NCBI GenBank assembly: GCA_052327205.1
Contig: CM126202.1
Location: 351,540,001-351,604,000, forward strand
DNA: 64,000 nucleotides
Direction of reading: 5' to 3'
From: Somniosus microcephalus
Taxonomy: Eukaryota
Made by a program: the position numbers and the translations under genes. How positions within the stretch are numbered: position 1 is the first letter of the stretch; each line of letters opens with the position of its first letter. Shown here piece after piece: positions 12,073 to 23,670 of this stretch. Under the pieces are notes generated by a model. The model saw nothing but the letters and a program-made list of their open reading frames with translations. It did not search any database and was not told the DNA's origin.

Positions 12073-13039
12073 ATATAATCCAGCCATTAATAAAACTTTT
12101 CACCCAGACAAAATTGCATAGGCTTTGAGCACTAGCTCTATTATGATTGAACCTGTCAGATGTTCTCATTCCATTTCTATGATAGGTTTGTTGATATCTG
12201 GCTTTTATACCTCTCCAGTGAATGACGCTCATAAATAGAATAAAAGATTGTGGTGGAAGCAGTCTATAAGAATTCCAGGATTCAGAAAGTCAAGGCCTCC
12301 TTTCCAGAGTGTACAAAATAAAACATTATTCATGTTGCCTTCTTGAAGACAATGTAGTCATTGTAAAAGTTATTGTTTGACCAGACATATTTCATATACA
12401 AAAGGGGCGAGGTGCAAAAAAGGCCACCTTGTATTGATGATTTCTTGTGTGGAGATATCAGTTGCATGTAAAAGTGAATTGCCAGACCCAGTAGAATGTA
12501 GAAAAATGTCAGATACACCTCCAATTATTGATACACTGTCCAAGTGAATAGGGAGACTCCATAGAGGACAGGAACTGCAGTATTTGAAAGGAAAATAAAA
12601 ATTGGTTTTGGGGATGGAGATACTGTGACACTGCTATTCCATTACCATCCAAGGGAGCATGAATCTGGGAAGATGATAGAATAACAATTCATGACATTAG
12701 TCCAGAAAGGTAGGCTGTTTAAATATTTCAGCCCAGTGCAAAGTTGCATTCTATTGTATGTGAAAGCGATTAATTGAATTGCTTGAATATGACTGGAAAT
12801 ATACAATGGGAATACTTGAAATCAGTATCGAAGACAGAAAAGGAAATTTCTGTAAAAGACTGACTCTTTATCTAGCAATAGTAAGAGAAGGAAGGGACCA
12901 TCCAGCACCATCCTTTCAAAGCCTGTATAGAATGCAAGGATAGAGCTGCAGATTCAAGGTTTTTGGATTTGGTCCATCTGAATAGGAATAAGTCTTAAAA
13001 AGGATGGCAGATGAGGGGGGTGGGTGTTCCTAAGATATA

Positions 13040-14395
13040 GGCCTAGAAATTCAGTTGCTTGCGCCAGCCGGTAGCGCCTTAGGAGGAGGAGGAGATGTTG
13101 GGCGCTAGGCGGCTAGCGGCCGGGCACAGCGCGATCTGCGCCTCTCCCCAACTTCACTAGAGATTTAGCGTCAGCGCACAGTCTTTGCGCGCGCTCAGCT
13201 GCGCGCGCAGATCCTGACGTCATTTCATCGTGCAACGCCCTTTGTGCGCCCCAAACCGGAACTTCAGTGGCGCCGCCCTTCTTTGCGCCTGGTGCCCCCA
13301 GCGACTGGTAGAGGGGAACGGTTCCCAGTCGCTGCAGGGTGCAGGGGGCGCTATTTAAAGGGGACTCCTCCTGCATTATAAGTGACAGCCATTTTGTGCC
13401 AATCCTTCTGTGTGTGAGACAAAGGCAGAGAGCTTTCTGCTTTGACTCAGCGCTCGCACAGGTACTTCTGGCTTCAGGCCAGAGCTTTGCACTTGGATTT
13501 CACTTTCAGTGCCATAGCCTTGAGTCGCCACATATACTGTAATGGGGGCTACAATGGGTGGAAACGTTGGCTTTCTGCATTGCATTCAAAGGGATCAGAG
13601 ACGCCGTGAGAGAGTGCCAGTCATGGCCAGACGGAGAAGGGCCAACAAGTGTCGGCACAGGAGGCCTTACCCACCCAGGGTATACCGCCAGCAGCTCTCG
13701 TATCTGAACATGTCTGAGGAGCAGTGTGTTCGGAGGCTGCGATTCAGAAGGGAGGTGGTCACTGAGATCTGCCACCTGCTTTGCAGAGATCTGCAGCCAC
13801 AGCTGAGGAGCAGGACGTCTCTGTCGGTGGCAGTGAAGGTGACGGTGGCTCTCAACTTCTATGCCACCGGCTCCTTCCAATCCGCTACTGGGGACATTGC
13901 CAACATCTCCCAGTTCGCGGTACATTGCTGCATCCGACAGGTGAACAATGCCCTTTTCAGAAGGAGACGTCAGTACATCTCCTTCCCCATGACCCTGGAC
14001 AAGCAGCAAGAGCGTACAATGGGATTTGGAAGAATAGCGGGCTTCCCCAGGGTCCAGGGCGTAGAACTGATGAACCAGCATTGGTCAGGCCTTGCTTCAG
14101 GGCTGCAATGCGCAGGGCATGGCAGCCAGACAAGTCCACCCTCCCCCTTTAAGAGTTGACCGGCGCCAGAGTGTCTGCCGTCAATCAGCAACTCGCCGCA
14201 CCTGTGCTGCGCCCGCCCTCGGGGGTATCGCCCCCGGACCGCCGGCTTAGCGCCTAATGATAGTCGTGCATCGCCTGTTTTAGTGCAGCAGCAACCTCTT
14301 AGGGCGATGCGACTGAATATCGGCGAAGGTGGCGCGAACTTTAGCGGCTACCCGACTGTAGCGCCCCGAACGTGGCTATACTGAATTTCTAGGCC
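13040..14395 (+). mobile_element. PIF/Harbinger internal-deletion derivative
   Basis: TIR GGCCTAGAAATTCAG / CTGAATTTCTAGGCC, 3-bp TSD ATA, Harbinger transposase fragment inside. Confidence 0.92.
13542..14159 (+). pseudogene. Truncated Harbinger (HARBI1-like) transposase N-terminus
   Basis: RRLRF, VTVALNFYATGSFQ, GDIANISQ, F.RIAGFPRVQG; homology stops just before the IDCTH/IDGTH catalytic Asp. Confidence 0.88.
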
Positions 14396-15106
14396 ATAAT
14401 CTTGTATCTTTATATTCTAATAATTAAAATGCATGTCGTTTTTTGTTGTATCCTGGCAGAGCACAACACTGGCTTTAACGTCTGTTACGGAAACCAGTCA
14501 GTTGGAAATAGCAGCACATCTGAACATAATGAAACTTGTGTTCCTGACCAGCAGCTCTTATCCCATGTGTATTCTGGTTAGCCCACTTAGCAGCCAGGAA
14601 CAAATCAAAGGGAAGAGAAATCATCCCATTGGCATCCACTGAGGATCTAAACTAGAGAGGAGGGAGGCAGTAGAATTTTATGAAGCAACCAAGAAATTAC
14701 AGTATGTGCAAAAGGACAGGACTGTGGCAGAAATTTAATACAGTTTAGAGGTGCCAATAAAGATGATGGAATTTTAATAGCAAAAATTTAAACTACAGAT
14801 CAGATTTCAAAAATTATTTTTTCCCCCAATCTTAAGTTTGATTGAATCATGTGGAGATAGCATCATTACAGACATGGATGAGGATGCTCACTTTGAATCC
14901 GTGCAAGTCTCTAGTAAAAGAAATAGAACAACAAATAGTAATACATTTAATTCTGTGCCAACCTGTGTGGTACATCAAGTTACAGAAAGAAAGAAATGGG
15001 TGCATGGAGATCTTTTCTGCAGTAATTTGTGCCTTCCTGAGTGCTTTTAAATTGCTTCAGTGGAGGTCCAGACAATTGTAATGCAATGTTATTAACTCTC
15101 TTGCAG

Positions 15107-15214
15107 ATTTCTGCTCTAATGGATAAGTTTGAGCACCAATTTGAGACATTAGATGTGCAGACCCAGCAGATGGAGGACACCATGAGCAGCACCACAACTC
15201 TAACCACACCACAG
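15107..15214 (+). CDS. CHMP1B: CHMP1B coding exon
   Basis: ttgcag|ATT...CAG|gtgagg, 108 bp, ISALMDKFEHQFETLDVQTQQMEDTMSSTTTLTTPQ. Confidence 0.97.
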
Positions 15215-15420
15215 GTGAGGGACAGATGCCATTGGCATTTTAGTGATGGAGTGGACCAAGTATGTGCGATATGATACAGATAATGGATGTCTTTTTGAGG
15301 ATCTATTGGAACGACAAAACTAAATGATAGAAAAGGTTCTCATTTGCTATTACAATAATGGTGAAAGCTCAGCTTGTGGCCTATATCCTTCCTGTTATGT
15401 TTGATTATTCTAGGTTGCAA

Positions 15421-15480
15421 ATCATAGAAATTTATGGCACAGAAGGAGGCCATTCGACCCATTGTGTCTCTGCCGGCCAA
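15421..15480 (-). mobile_element. Very short CR1 3' tail
   Basis: ATCATAGAAATTTATGGCACAGAAGGAGGCCATTCGACCCATTGTGTC resembles the reverse complement of a CR1 3' stem-loop and tail. Confidence 0.55.
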
Positions 15481-16120
15481 AAAAAGTAGAACAAAAAGTT
15501 CTATTTGTGAACTGTGTATAAAATATTAGATATGTAACTAAAACTGAGTGAAGCCAATTGGCTAAATGAGTCCATCATTTAGGTAGCAATAGCTGCATTG
15601 GAGCCTTGGCATTGTCCACATTCCTGCAATATGATTGCTGTGTCTTTTCAGTCTGCTGTTAATGACTTGTTGCAGTTATCACCAGTGGTAATGCTATTTT
15701 TCACTTGATAGTAGCACGGTATTAGCAAAATGGAGACTAGCTTGCTGGTGATGGCTTTCACAAGTATGAGATATCTACCATTTGTGATTTCCAGTGGAAG
15801 GGTCTTTCCTTAGAACGTGTTGTCACTGTAGAGAGGGAATGGAATGAATGCATGCCCTGTATATTCTAAAATGCAGTGATTCATGCTTGTGTGTCTTCTA
15901 GCCTCCTATGACTTGCTGCTCTACTGGACAGTAAATATGTAATTTACTCTCGTACATCGCTATAAGAATATAAGGATCTCAAACTGATGAGACAAAAATA
16001 GCCATTGATTAGTGGAAAGTTTTAGCACAGTCTGCATGTACAATGAAGTAGAAGCAATTTCAACATAGCCAACCTCAGCAATGACCTTGGAGCTGATGCT
16101 AAAGTTGAGGGGTGTCCCAC

Positions 16121-19100
16121 AGAGTCATAGTCATAGAGTTATACAGCACAGAAAGAGACGCTTTGGCCCATCGTGTCCACACCGGCCATCAAGCCCTGTC
16201 TATTCTAAGCCCATTTTCCAGCACTTGGTCCATAGCCTTGTATGCTATGGCGTTTCAAGTGCTCATCTAAATGCTTCTTGAATGTTGTGAGGGTTCTTGC
16301 CTCTACCACCCTTTTAGGCAGTGAGTTCCAGATTCCAACCACCCTCTAGGTGAAAAAGTTTTTCCTCAAATCCCCTCTAAACCTCCTGCCCCTTACCTTG
16401 AAACTATGCCCCCTGGTTATTGACTAAGGGAAAAAGTTCCTTTCTATCTACCCTATCTATGCCCCTCATAATTTTGTACACCTCAATCAGGTCCCCCCTC
16501 AGCCTTCTCTGCTCTAAGGAAAACAACCCCAGCCTGTCCAGTCTCTCTTCATAGCTGAAGCCCTCCAGCCCAGGTAACATCCCGGTGAATCTCCTCTGCA
16601 CCCTCTCCAATGCAATTACATCCTTCCTATAGTGTGGCGACCAGAACTGCACACAGTATTCCAGCTGTGGCCTAACTAGCGTTTTGTACAGCTCCATCGT
16701 AGCCTCCCTGCTCTTATATTCTATGCCTCGGCTAATAAAGGCAAGTATCCCATATGCCTTTTTAACCACCTTATCTACCTGTCCTGCTGCCTTCAGGGAT
16801 CTGTGTACATGCACACTAAGGTCCCTCTGATCCTCTGTCCTTCCTAGGGTCCTACCATTCATTGTGTATTCCCTTGCATTGTTAGTCCTCCCAAAATGCA
16901 TCACCTCACACTTTTCAGGGTTAAATTCCATTTGCCATTGTTCTGCCCATCTAACCAACCCATCTATATCGTCCTGTAGCCTGAGGCTTCCCTCCTCACT
17001 ATTTACCACTCCACCAATTTTCGTGTCATCTGCGAACTTACTGATCATACCTCCTACATTCATATCTAAATCATTAATGTACACTACAAACAGCAAGGGA
17101 CCCAGCACCGATCCCTGCGGTACACCACTGGACACAGGCTTCCAGTCACAAAAACAACCAGGGGGCAAGCAACTTTAGATCTGGTCCTGTGTAACGAGAC
17201 AGGATTAATTAAAAATGTCCTAGTAAAGGATCCCCTTGGAATGAGTGACCATAACATGGTTGAATTCCATATTCAATTAGAGGGTGAGAAGGTTGGATCT
17301 CAAACAAGCATGCTAAGCTTGAATAAAGGAGACTATGAAGGTATGAGAGCGGTATTGAGTAGAGTGGATTGGGAAAATAGATTAATGGGTAAGACGATAC
17401 ATGATCAGTGGTGTACATTTAAGGAGTTATTTTACAACTTCCAAAAAAAATATATTCCACTGAGAAGAAAAGGGTGTAAAAGACAGCCATCCCTGGCTAA
17501 GTAAAGAAATTAAGGATAGTATTCGACTAAAAACAAGGGCATATAAGGTAGCCAAATCTAGTGGGAGGATAGAGGATTGGGAAAACTTTAAAAGACAGCA
17601 AAAGATAACAAAAAGATTAATTAAGAAAGGGAAGATAGATTATGAAAGTAAATTAGCAAAAAATATAAAAACAGATAGTAAGAGTTTTTATAGTTATATA
17701 AAAAGAAAAAGGGTGGCTAAAGTAAATGTTGGTCCCTTAGGATGAGACCGGGAAATTAATGGTGGGAAATATGGAGATGGCAAAAACACTGAATAAATAT
17801 TTTGTATCAGTCTTTACAGTAGAGGACACTAAGAATATCCCAACACTGGACAAACGGGGGCTATAGGGGGGGAGGAGCTAAACACGATCAAAATTACTAA
17901 GGAGGTGGTACTCGGTAAAATAATGGGACTCAAGGCGGATAAATCACCTGGACCGGATGGCTTACATCCTAGGGTCTTGAGGGAAGTGGCGGTAGGGATT
18001 GTGGATGCATTGGTAATAATTTTCCAAAACTCCCTGGACTCGGCAAAGGGTCCCGGCAGACTGGAAAACTGCTAATGTAACACCCTTATTTAAAAAGGGC
18101 AGTAGACAGAAGGCTGGAAACTATAGACCGGTTAGCCTAACATCTGTGGTAGGTAAAATTTTGGAGTCCATTATTAAGGAGACAGTAACAGGACATTTAG
18201 ATAATCATAATTTAATAGGACAAAGTCAGCATGGTTTTATGAAGGGGAAGTCATATTTGACAAATTTGCTGGAGTTCTTTGAGGAAGTAACATATAGGGT
18301 GGATAAAGGGGAACCAGTGGACGTAGTGTATTTAGACTTCCAAAAGGCATTTGACAAGGTGCCACACAAAAGATTATTGCTTAAGATAAAAAATCACGGG
18401 ATTGGGGGTAATATTCTGGCATGGATAGAGGATTGGCTATCTAACAGAAGGCAGAGAGTTGGGATAAATGGTTCATTCTCAGACTGGCAATCAGTAACTA
18501 GTGGTGTTCCGCAGGGGTCGGTGCTGGGTCCCCAACTCTTTACAATCTATATTAACGATTTGGAGGAGGGAACCGAGTGTAACATATCAAAGTTTGCAGA
18601 TGATACTAAGATGGGGGGGAAAGTAGTGAGTGAGGAGGACATAAAAAACCTGCAAGGGGACATAGACAGGCAAAAAGTGGGCAGAGATTTGGCAGATGGA
18701 ATACAATACTGGAAAGTGTGAGGTTATGCACTTTGGCAGGATAAATCGTAGAGCAAGTTATTATCTTAATGGCAAGAAACTGGAAAGTACTGAAGTACAA
18801 AGGGATCTGAGGGTCCTGGTGCACGAAACTCAAAAGGTTAGTATACAGGTGCAGCAAGTGATTAAGAAGACCAATGGAATGTTGGCTTTCATTGCTAGGG
18901 GGATAGAATATAAAAATAGGGAGGTATTGCTTCAGTTGTACAAGGTATTGGTGAGACCGCACCTGGAATACTGCATACAGTTTTGGTGTCCATACTTAAG
19001 AAAAGACATACTTGCTCTCGAGTCAGTACAAAGAAGGTTCACTCGGTTAATCCCGGGGATGAGGGGATGGACATATGAGGAGAGGTTGAGTAGATTGGGA

Positions 19101-20480
19101 CTCTACTCATTGGAGTTCAGAAGAATGAGAGGCGATCTTATTGAAACATATAAGATTGTGAAGGGGTTGGATCGGGTGGATGCGGGGAGGATGTTCCCGA
19201 TGATGGGTGAAACTAGAACTAGGGGGCATAGTCTTAGAATAAGGGGCTGCTCTTTCAAAACTGAGATAAGGAGGAACTACTTCACTCAGAGGGTGGTAGG
19301 TCCATGGAATATGCTGCCCCAAAAAGCTGTAGAAGCTACATCATTACATAAATTTAAAACAGAAATAGACAGTTTCCTAGAAGTAAAGGGAATTAAGGGT
19401 TACGGGGAGTGGGCAGGAATTTGGACATGAGTCTAGGTTTGGATCGGACATGGCCCTGTGGGTAGCGGAGCGGGCCCAGGGGCCGTGTAGCCTGATCCCG
19501 CTCCTATTTCGTGTGTCTAATTCTGTTAGATTCAGGAGATGGTTCTGTGATAGTAGATTGGCGGTTAGGATCAGATCAGCCATGATCTTATTGAATGGCG
19601 GAGCAGGCTCGAGGGGCCGATTGGCCTACTCCTGCTCCTATTTCTTATGTTCTTATAACCTTCGACCATCACCCTCTGCCTCCTGCCACTAAGCCAATTT
19701 TGGATCCAATGTGCCAAATTGCCCTGGATCCCATGGGCTCTTACCTTCTTGACCAGTCTTCCATGCGGGACTTTGTCAAAAACCTTACTGAAGTCCATGT
19801 AGACTACATCAACTGCACTACCCTCATCCACACACCTAGTCACCCCCTCGAAAAACTCAATCAAGTTGGTTAGACATGATCTCCCCCTGACAAAGCCATG
19901 CTGACTATCCTTGATTAACCCTTGCCTCTCCAAGTGGAGACAAATTCTGTCCCTCAGAATTTTTTCCAATAATTTCCCTACCACTGATGATGTTAGGCTC
20001 ACTGGCCTGTAATTCCCTGGTTTATCCCTACTACCCTTCTTGAATAATGGTACTACGTTAGCTGTCTTCCAGTCCTCTGACACCTCCCCTGTGGCCAGAG
20101 AAGTTCTGAAAATTTGTGTCAGAGCCCCTGCAATCTCCTCCCTTGCCTCACACAGCAGCCTGGGATACATTTCGTCTGGGCCTGGGGTTTATCCACTTTT
20201 AAGCCCCACTAAAACCGCTAGTACCTCCTCCCTCTCAATACTAATTTGTTCAAGTATATCACAATCCCCCTGCTTGATTTCTATGCCTACATCATCCTTC
20301 TCCATAGTGAACACAGATGCAAAATATTTATTTAAAACCTCGCCTACATCTTCCGGCTCTACACAAAGATTGCCACTTTGGTCCCTAATGGGCCCTACTC
20401 TTTTCCTGGTTATCCTCTTGCCCTTAATATACTTAGAAAACACCTTGGGATTTTTCTTTATTTTGTCCGCCAGTGTTTTT
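16121..20480 (-). mobile_element. 5'-truncated CR1 LINE split by a younger CR1 insertion
   Basis: RT ORF pieces 20189-20443, 19571-20170 and 16404-17168 are collinear; the sequence rejoins across a duplicated AACC. Confidence 0.95.
17160..19656 (+). mobile_element. 5'-truncated CR1 (same family as the full-length copy at 41079) with duplicated 3' stem-loop
   Basis: Near-identical to about 43664-46178; TSD AACC (17156-17159 / 19657-19660); (TTCTTATG)n tail. Confidence 0.96.
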
Positions 20481-20499
20481 TTGACTAGTCAAGCAACCA

Positions 20500-21110
20500 T
20501 ATAAACAGAAGATGCTGGAAATACTCAGGTCAGGCAGCATCCAGTAATGTTTGATTGGTGACCTATCGTCAGAACTGGAAAAAGTTACAGATGTACAGGA
20601 AACTTTGTGCTATCCGGCACCGACGGGACCGAGCTGTTGCCGTTCCGTCAAAACTGCCGGACAAACCAGCGTTAATGTTGAAGCATACGGAGCTTTTCAG
20701 CTCCCTATCTGGCAACAAACACTGTTGCTTAGCAACAGCTTCTAAACAGTCGGCCGTACCTTGGAAGCGTCTCTGTCGCTTAGCAACAGCTTCAGAGAGA
20801 CTTTGCAGAGCCTGACTGTTGGGGGAAAAAAAAAAGGCACGAGAAGAAAAAAAACCTAACAAAATGGCTCCTGATTTTTGCCGGTGGCTCGAGCTTGCTG
20901 GACATTTAGCCTCCGGATAACACACAGTTTCCTGTAACAGGTTTTCAGCAAGTGCACAGGCAGGGGAAGGGGCAGAAAGAACAAGAGGGAAGGTTTGTGG
21001 TAAGGTGGAAGGCAGAAGTGATTAAATGACAAAGGGATAATGGAACGAGTAAAGAAACAAAAGATGGGTCCAGAGGAGCTTTAAATGGCAACAGCAGAAT
21101 CATTGCCAGA
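20500..21110. mobile_element. Penelope-type terminal remnant with degenerate hammerhead motif, interrupted by a MITE
   Basis: AACAGAAGATGCTGGAAATACTCAGGTCAGGCAGCATC...TCGTCAGAAC is related to 23045-23146; the minus strand has CTGACGA but an altered GAAA. Confidence 0.55.
20596..20934. mobile_element. Tc1/mariner-type MITE, inverted relative to 8273-8566
   Basis: TA|CAGGAAACTTTGTGCTATCCGG...CCGGATAACACACAGTTTCCTG|TA. Confidence 0.85.
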
Positions 21111-21289
21111 GCAATTAGGCTCCAAACCTCATCATAAATTGCAGATTTTGTAGAGATGTAAATGTTTTACATTGAATTAAATTCAGTAATCTTCTAAGGA
21201 TGTTTGCAGATGAGTTTGTAACTATAAGTACACACACCATGTCTGTGTGCTTGCTCTGTTTTTAGATGCCTGAGGATACATTGTTAGTA

Positions 21290-21640
21290 TCAGCTTGGCT
21301 CGGTTGGTAGTGCACTCGCCCAAGTCAGAAGGTTGTAGATTTAAACCTCATTCCTGCAACTTAATCTCAGAATGTAGGCTGATACTTTAGATAAACTCAG
21401 TACTGTCACCTTGCTCAGGTGGACGCAAATGATCCAGTGGCCCTTTTTCCTTCAATCAACGCCACCAGAGAAAGCTGATCAGTTGCTCATCTATCTTGCT
21501 TGCCGTTTGTCGGACCTGGCTGTGCGAATATTAGCTGTCTTGTTTGCTTGCAAAACAATAATGACTTCTTCAAAAGTAATTCGTGTATTATTTTGGGATG
21601 CCCTGAGGATATAATTTGCACTGTATAAATGCAAGATCTT
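21290..21640 (+). mobile_element. Degenerate tRNA-derived SINE (DeuSINE-like, L2-type tail)
   Basis: TCAGCTTGGCTCGGTTGGTAG head; CTGTATAAATGCAAG tail. Confidence 0.55.
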
Positions 21641-21687
21641 TTTTAGCATTCTATACTCCAGTTTATATTTCATTTTTTTTCTTCCAG

Positions 21688-21731
21688 CACCAAGTGGATT
21701 CACTGCTGCACGAAATGGCTGATGAAGCTGG
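21688..21731 (+). CDS. CHMP1B: CHMP1B coding exon
   Basis: ttccag|CAC...GCTGG|gttagt, 44 bp, HQVDSLLHEMADEA(G); phase 2 matches the next exon. Confidence 0.95.
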
Positions 21732-21874
21732 GTTAGTATGGATGCATATTAGTATGGATGCATATTTTCTTGAGGTTTTTGATGATGCAGAGTTCATGTT
21801 TAAGTACTGCCCTCTTATGGTGTGACTGTGACTTAGACTTTGAACTGATGTTCCATTTGTTTTCAAACCCCCTC

Positions 21875-23044
21875 TGTCAGCCTTGGCTCAGAACCAAAAT
21901 GTTGTGGGTCCACGCCCCACTCCTGAGACTTGAGCGCATAATCTGGCTGACACTTCAGTTTAGTTCTGAGGGAGGTGCACTGGGGTTCCCCTGATGTCCT
22001 GGCCAACATTTATCTCTCAACCTTCCCTCCATCATAAGGTCAGAAGTGGGGATGTTTGCTGATGACTGCACAGTGTTCAGTTCTATTCGCAACTCCTCAG
22101 ATAATGAAGCAGTCCATGCCCGCATGCAACAAGACCTGGGCGACATTCAGGCTTGGGTTGAAAAGTTGCAGGTAACATTCGTGCCACACAAGTGCCAGGC
22201 AGCAACTATCTCCAACAAGCGAGAGTAACTGCTGCACCTTGACATTCAACGGCATTACCATTACCATCCTGGGGGGTCACCATTGACCAGAAACTTAACT
22301 GGACCAGCCACATAAATACTGTGACCACAAAAGCAGGTCAGAGGCTGGGTATTCTGCAGCGTGTGTCTCACCTCCTGACTCCCCAAAGCCTTTCCACCGT
22401 CTACAAGGTGCAAGTAAGGCGTGTGATGGAATACTCTCCACTTGTCTGGATGAGTGCAGCTCCAACACTCAAGACGCTTAACACCATCCAGGACAAAGCA
22501 GCCTGCTTGATTGGAGCCCTATCCACCACCTTAAATATTCATTGCCTCCACCACCGGTGTACCATAGCTGCAGTGTGTACCATCTACAAGATGCACTGCA
22601 GCAACTCGCCAAGGCTTCTTCGACAGCACCTCCCAAACCCGTGACCTCTACCACCTAGAAGGACAAGGGCAACAGCTGCATGTGAACACCACCACCTGCA
22701 AATTCCTCTCCAAGTCACACACCATCCTGACTTGGAAATATTTCGTCGTTCCTTCATCGTCGCTGGGTCAGAATCCTGGAACTACCCCCAACAGCACTGT
22801 GGGAGTACCATCACCACACGAGTGCAGCGGTTCAAGAAGGCGGCTCACCACCACCTTCTCGAGGGCAATTAGGAATGGGCAATAAATGCTGGCCTTACCA
22901 GCGATGCCCACACCTCAGGAACGATTAAAAAAAACACTAAAACTGGTTATCTGGTTATTTAACTCGTTGCTCTTTCTGGTACTTCATTGGCTGTGAAGTG
23001 CTTTAGGACGTCCTGAGAGTTTGGAGGGTTCTAAATAAATTCAA
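21875..23044 (+). mobile_element. tRNA-SINE split by an RTE-X-like LINE 3' fragment (22021-22935)
   Basis: SINE head TGTCAGCCTTGGCTCAG at 21875; FADD and MEYSPLVWMSAAP motifs in 22046-22644; SINE body and tail resume after 22935. Confidence 0.7.
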
Positions 23045-23146
23045 AAATAAAAACAGAAAATGCTGGAAAAACTCAGCAGGTCAGGCAACATCTGTGGAGA
23101 GCGAAACAGAGTTAACGTTTCAGGTCAATGACCTTTTGTCAGAACG
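23045..23146 (-). mobile_element. ~100-nt Penelope-type retroposed unit with a minimal hammerhead motif
   Basis: Flanked by perfect 15-bp direct repeat TCTAAATAAATTCAA (23030-23044 / 23147-23161); minus strand GTT-CTGACAA-AAGGTCATTGACCT-GAAA-CGTT-AAC. Confidence 0.75.
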
Positions 23147-23164
23147 TCTAAATAAATTCAAGTT

Positions 23165-23670
23165 CATTTGAGTTTTTCAAAATAGGTTTTCTGCTCTTCT
23201 GCTCTGAATGTTCTATGCAAGATAATTATGGATGAGGTAGGCCATTGTACCAAAAATCCTAATGTTCCCCTTTCAGCTGCCTGTTTTGTTTTGAAGATTC
23301 CCAGATTTCTGCCTCCACTGCTCTTCCTGGAAGTCTGATCACACATTTTATCATTCCTAAATTTATCTTTTACTAGTTTGAACATGTGTCCCCTTGGTCT
23401 ACTCTCGTGATTTAATTTCAAGTAGCATTCCAGATTTACCTCCTTCACTCCCTTAACTACCTTGTATATCTCTAATAAGATCACTTCGCAAACACCTTTC
23501 CCTAAGCTGAAAAGCCCAAGTTCCTTCAGTCTTTCCTCATAACTTGACCTTTGATGCCAGGGACCAGCCTGGTGGCTTCCTCCCGCACTTGAATGTCTCA
23601 GTTATATCACTGCGACCAGAACTGGCAGCAGTACTTGTGGTGTGGTCTGACCAGAGCACAGCACAGCTTA
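23165..23670 (-). mobile_element. Old CR1 3' fragment
   Basis: LLEIYKVVKGV...ESRPRGHMFKL remnant of the CR1 ORF2 C-terminus. Confidence 0.65.

Noticed and set aside
12200-12900. Coding-looking AT-rich stretch (e.g. ORF 12330-12524)
   Set aside because: Many stops and no recognisable motif; probably ancient TE debris.
13542-14159. Domesticated HARBI1 gene
   Set aside because: Enclosed by TIRs and a TSD, and lacks the catalytic domain.
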